Shown here one piece after another: positions 59,401 through 64,000 of a DNA stretch of 64,000 bases; within the stretch, counting starts at the first letter, position 1, and each line of letters begins with the position of its first letter. The position numbers and the translations under genes are program-made. Under the pieces are notes generated by a model. That model saw only the letters and a list, made by a program, of their open reading frames with translations, did no database searches and was not told the DNA's origin. The DNA comes from Mytilus californianus (taxonomy: Eukaryota), in assembly GCF_021869535.1 (NCBI RefSeq), contig NW_026262648.1, forward strand, positions 806,001 to 870,000, given 5' to 3'.

Positions 59401-61832
59401 CATTGAACGAATAAGTTTGATCTATGACACAATATAAATACAATATTAATAAAAAAAAAAGGTGTAGGCACATTGAATTTCAGAAATGCATTACAAATTG
59501 TGTCAACAGGTCAAATTAACACGAAAGTACGATTTGAGATTACTCGCAGTTACTGAAAACTAGTTTAAAGCCAAAAACATTTAATAATAAAAAATCTATA
59601 TAATGAATATATTAATATATATCACAGACTAAAGTATCAATCAGTACATATCCAACGTATCTAAAATAAAGACGTCACAAACAGTGTGAGAAAAGCACGA
59701 CCGTGTACAATGCTAAAAGTTACGTACATAGTATTGACAGAATGTAGACCCATAAGTTTTAAAAACTTTTTTTACATATTTAGTAAAGATTTAGTCAATC
59801 AAAAACTAAATGTATATTGGTACCAATATTCAAATATCTCATTACGGTGGTAAATTGAAAACCTTCAGAAATAATTTCATCCAAAGATTCAAGAAGTTCA
59901 CATGGATCGTATCTAAATTCACCGTAAACATTTAGATGTGATATATATAAAAATAGGGAGATGAGGTATGATTGCCAAAGAGACATGCCGTTTTCAATAT
60001 GACTTCTACAAGTAAAGCTTAACTTAAAACATCATTTTTGTATCTATAAAATAATAAATTAAAATTTCAAATCACATGTGGTAACGTAATGCTTGACTTA
60101 ATTAGTTGTTTGTTATACAGATGTGATGTTCATTGACAAATGAGACGTCACTTCAGACATGGGCATAAGGAATGAATTGGGAAATATACACACCATCAGA
60201 AGGAACCATAGGAATACATCGGTTCAGAAAGGACACATTAGTGCCAGATATCATCATCAATTTGTTGATCTGTATGATGTGTATGTGGCTCAACATCCGA
60301 CAGCTATGTGGTTCGCTGTATTATGTCTTAATTAAAAACTGAAATAGTTGTTGTATCAGAAAATTAACCGTCTGTATTCTGTATCCAATCGTGACAATTT
60401 TTTTACTGAGTCTAAATTCGCTAAAGTGTAAAGCGAGAAAACACTGTCGATGCTTCCGTTCATGCTCTATGCGGAGTTCTATTACCTCGGATTTTTTCTC
60501 TTGGTATGTATGTATTCTAAATAGATTTACGAGACTTTGAAATTGATAAACTATTGTTGTTCTTATAATCGCTAATCGTCTATCTGACCATGGCAAGACT
60601 GTTTTATTATAAACGTTTTTTTTTACAGTAACTTGTGTCGACAAAAAAACAATCTGTGCCAATTATGCTCGTTCTGGAACATGTACTGATTCTAGATTTA
60701 CAGAATGGGTCAAAGATAATTGTCCAAGAACCTGTTTATGTTGTAAGTATGTGAAACTGGGACAAGTTGGAAACTAGATAGAAGATAGCTATGTCAAACT
60801 TGTCTGTTATATAAATACGGGAAACACGCAAAAATATAATTTGTTGTCAGTTAGATAATTTTGTAAGAATGAATCTGATTTGTAAGAATTCGAAAAGAAA
60901 GGGAATCCGTACAAGATATTCAATATACGTGCATCCTGAGTGAGAATATTTTAAAATCTTAGCAAAGTCCTAACCAACGTTAGAAATCCAGTTAAACAAA
61001 ATTCAATAAAACTTGACAAAATTAAGAGCATTGAATCAAAAGATATTAATTAATACAGTTCAAATAGTCATAAGCAAATTTGGAAAACAGTCTATTCTTC
61101 TTTCTTTCTGTCAAATTGATCGTATTTTTCAGGTTTACATGGATGACTGGTTATATAAGGACACAGTCCTCTCTAAAAGTTAAAAAAAATATAAAAAATC
61201 AATATATTAATGAATTCAAAATCTTTTAATTAAAGTTTTCAGAATTACTCATTTGCGCAGATATCTAATTTAGTAAGGCTTTGCAAAAAATGTATGGAAG
61301 TAGCATTAATTAATAGATTTCCCTAAAATATGTTGCATCTGATTGTAAAAAGAATCTTGTCAGTTAAACAGTGAAAATAGATTCTGTGTCATGTTAAAAG
61401 AGTCTAGTTTTTTTTCAACATACAATGTAGTAGCAAACAATATTTGCTTTTAAATTGATAAAGATATTGTCCAGTATTCAGTCATGAGGCCAATGATGTG
61501 ATGCATCTCAAAGGTTACGAATTGTTTTTTTACTGATAGTGTATTGTTTGGGTATTTTTTTAATGTCATAATTTGTATAATTTGAAAATAATTGAATGAG
61601 TAAGTTCATTTAATTTGGTAAAAATCAATATCTAATAAGTTATTTGTACATCCTATTTGATATGTTACGCCTGTCTCATACTAGCTTAAATACACAACAA
61701 GCTGATCTAACTATCAATATAGCAATTTGAAAATTTTAGCTGGCGGATCTTATTATACTGGAAGGTATGTAAGACCAAGCGGAACTGGAACCGGAACAAT
61801 GGCTGGGAGCAATGGAAAAGTTACAATGACCG
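44384..61832 (+). CDS. Partial multi-exon extracellular protein: VWC-like module + 4 x (ShK domain + Gly/Thr-rich linker); open at both ends
   Basis: Ten AG/GT-bounded exons (1104 nt in total) splice into one open frame; each is listed below. Confidence 0.88.
46422..46522 (+). CDS. Exon b: second half of the VWC-like module
   Basis: ccttag| CPTYGTLPRNCQLVKEANGCCSKPQCSFAPSGG |gtttgt. Confidence 0.85.
47110..47210 (+). pseudogene. Dead ShK exon
   Basis: NNGRDVCIDPTYSPWQKEN*ALFFGKC; one Cys changed to stop, one to Phe, and the 5' part is missing. Confidence 0.7.
48182..48292 (+). CDS. Exon c: ShK domain 1
   Basis: cacag| CHDNLQNCNDYGRAVCLDPTYASWVTANCASFCGKC |gtatgt. Confidence 0.9.
49316..49456 (+). 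CDS. Exon d: Gly/Thr linker 1
   Basis: ttttag| GGSHFTGSFVGQSGTGTMTGTRTGTGTMTGTGTGTMTGTGGTGTMN |gtactg. Confidence 0.8.
50151..50261 (+). CDS. Exon e: ShK domain 2
   Basis: Near-identical to exon c (CHDKLQNC...), with the same splice sites. Confidence 0.9.
51018..51128 (+). CDS. Exon f: Gly/Thr linker 2
   Basis: ttttag| GGSHFTGSFVGQSGTGTMTETGTGTMTGTGGTGTMI |gtactg. Confidence 0.8.
51732..51845 (+). CDS. Exon g: ShK-like domain 3 (C-x-C end)
   Basis: tttcag| TCVDRITNCAAYGLSGTCTDPKYTGWVKDNCVRSCLC |gtaagt. Confidence 0.88.
53070..53162 (+). CDS. Exon h: Gly/Thr linker 3
   Basis: tttcag| GGSYYTGSYVGQSGTRTGTMTGTGGTGTMT |gtactg. Confidence 0.8.
60629..60742 (+). CDS. Exon i: ShK-like domain 4 (C-x-C end)
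   Basis: ttacag| TCVDKKTICANYARSGTCTDSRFTEWVKDNCPRTCLC |gtaagt. Confidence 0.88.
61740..61832 (+). CDS. Exon j: Gly/Thr linker 4
   Basis: ttttag| GGSYYTGRYVRPSGTGTGTMAGSNGKVTMT |gtgctg. Confidence 0.75.
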
Positions 61833-62639
61833 GTGCTGAAAATAAGTTATTATATTTACTTTCGATACATACCAAAATAGACATATAATTTTACAAAAAC
61901 CTATAAAGATATAAATCAATTTACCATGTATATTCAGGATTGGTAAGATATAATTCCATCAGAACCTGTCTATATAAAAATAAGAGATGAGGTATGATTG
62001 CCAATGAGATGACTATCCACCAAAGTTCAAATAAAGTGGATGTAAGTAATTATAGGCAACCGTATGACCTTCTACAATGAGAAAAACCCATAACGTATAG
62101 TCGGCTATATAAGGCCCGACATAAAGAAATATGAAACAATTCAATTAAGAAAACTAACGGCCTAATTTATAACAAAACAATTAAAGAAAAATGAATATGA
62201 TAGACATGAACCAACGACATCCACTGAACTACAGGCTCCTGACTTGGGACAGGCACATAAAGAATGTGGCGATGTTAAACATATTTATGAGCGCTCAACC
62301 TAACCTAACCTGGGGCAGTAGTGTAACAGCACAACATAAGAAGTTCAACAAACTATAAAAATCAGCTGAAAAAGGCTAAAATCATCAGATCGATACAAAG
62401 CAGAAAAACATCAAACATAAACACAGACCAGATGTGAAAGGGTATTTATCCATCCCTCATCCCTAACAACAAAAAAGACACTAAGTACAGATCTGAGAGT
62501 GCTCGCAGTTACTGACTGCTAGTTCAGGCCAATAAAAATGTCGGAATTTTCGTTTTTTCACGCTCTACAAATTCGTTTTGATTTTGTTTTTAAAATGTTT
62601 TATTTTAAACGCCGTGTATTTTAATGAGTTCAATCAACC

Positions 62640-62980
62640 GCTTGGTCGATGTCACTGCTCATGAACATGTCATCCTCAATGGTATCATCAACCCAGTTGT
62701 CAGCACTGAAGTGTAGATATCAAATTGCATTGATATGTTTTATTTCTGTGTATTTACTGTTATAAAATGTTGAATTGTTCAAACACTAATTTCTTCTTCC
62801 AACAGACATCGATTGACTTAGCCGTATATGGCACAATTTTTCGTAGTTTTCGGTTTTCAGTGCTCTTCGATTTCGTATTATTTATTTGAACAGTTTTGAT
62901 TCGAGAGCCACTGATGAGTCGTATATATGTAGACTAAACGCGAGTCTGGCGTACCAACCTATCAGCCTAGTATCTTTGAA
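62640..62980 (+). mobile_element. Non-LTR retrozyme-like monomer with a degenerate type I hammerhead at 62907-62950
   Basis: GCCA-CTGATGA-GTC(11 nt)GAC-TAAAC-GCGA-GTC-TGGC: stems I and II are intact, but GAAA has become TAAA. Confidence 0.7.
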
Positions 62981-64000
62981 TAGGTTTTTTTTTCAGATTA
63001 GATATAAAAGAGGGGCGAACGATACCAAAGGGACAATCCAACTAATAAGTCGAAAATAAACTGACAACGCCATGGCTAAGAAAGAAAAAGTTAAACAGAC
63101 AAACAACAAAAGCTGGGGGTGATCGCAGGTGCTCCGAAATGGAAAGTAGATACTGCTCCATATGTGGTACCCGTCGTGTTGTCAGTACAAACCCGGTAAC
63201 AAGTCTAATTCGGTAGGTCAAATTCGGGGAAAAAATGGGGACGGAATTGTAGTTACGACAATTGGAACCTATCTATTGTCATCTGTGAAACAGATATTCC
63301 ATAACGGTCAACCAACTCGTTATGGCGTCCGTAAAATCCACAAAGGGATGATATATTTAAATGAACATATCTAAATGTATGTTTTAGTCGTCGAGATTAT
63401 CGGCGGTAAAACGTATGTTTAGATTAATGTTAAACACATGTTTAACACGCGCTGTACAATGCTGTAACATATGTTAAATGTGCGTTCTTTTCCAGCATTA
63501 CACGGCTTATCTTGCACGTATGTTTTCTTTTTGTGGTACTTACCGTCCGCCTTATACGTGTTCGATCATCCGTAAATCGTACGTTGTTATTCTTCCTGTG
63601 TACATAGTTCGGGAACCTACTTTTCCTCAATTAATGCAAGGACTAACCTAAATCTTTTTCTCGTTGACATACGTTAATAAGGTAATTTGAAAAATAAACC
63701 CGATGAATGAGGCTTTATCTGTTTCGACTTGCAGACGGAAAACGCATTCTCCGACATGATCACTTCTTTAACATGAATACCTTTGTTTTTGGCATGCAAT
63801 CAATAACGCAATCATAGACTATTAGAATATTGAATAGAAATGGTGAAAGTGTCAAACAGACAATAACCCGACGAAAGAGCAGAAAACAACCAAAGGACAA
63901 CACTGGGTCTTCAACACAGCGAGAAAATCCCTCATCCGAAGGCGGGCTTCTGCTGGTCCCTAAACAATAATGTATACTAGTTCAGCGAAAAGGCTGCTGC

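Overview
AT-rich eukaryotic DNA with spliceosomal introns, most likely from a bivalve mollusc such as Mytilus (inferred from the C1q-domain and ShK genes, the repeat families and a retrozyme). The ORF track misses most real genes because they are split into small exons. From left to right: (1) two Neptune-like Penelope retroelements (PLEs) lie tail-to-tail at a (TA)n tract, each with a minimal hammerhead motif. (2) A minus-strand LRR gene (4.5-20.2 kb) has one intact LRRCT exon and about 14 72-nt LRR exons; 4 are intact and the rest are dead. It expanded as a ~1.05-kb multi-exon cassette and is interrupted by a 6.4-kb TIR transposon with an intact DDE_Tnp_4/SWIM transposase and by a 3.55-kb foldback element. 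(3) A third PLE lies next to a (TA)n tract. (4) An orphan ShK-like terminal exon, a decayed RT, a perfect 142-bp-arm palindrome, a Tc1 relic and a two-exon C1q-domain gene follow. (5) A plus-strand gene (44.4 to >61.8 kb) has ten in-frame exons encoding a VWC-like module and four ShK plus Gly/Thr-linker pairs. (6) A degenerate retrozyme monomer lies near the right end. The strongest candidates for new biology are the LRR exon birth-and-death array and the modular ShK/GT-linker protein. All calls were made by eye, without database searches.
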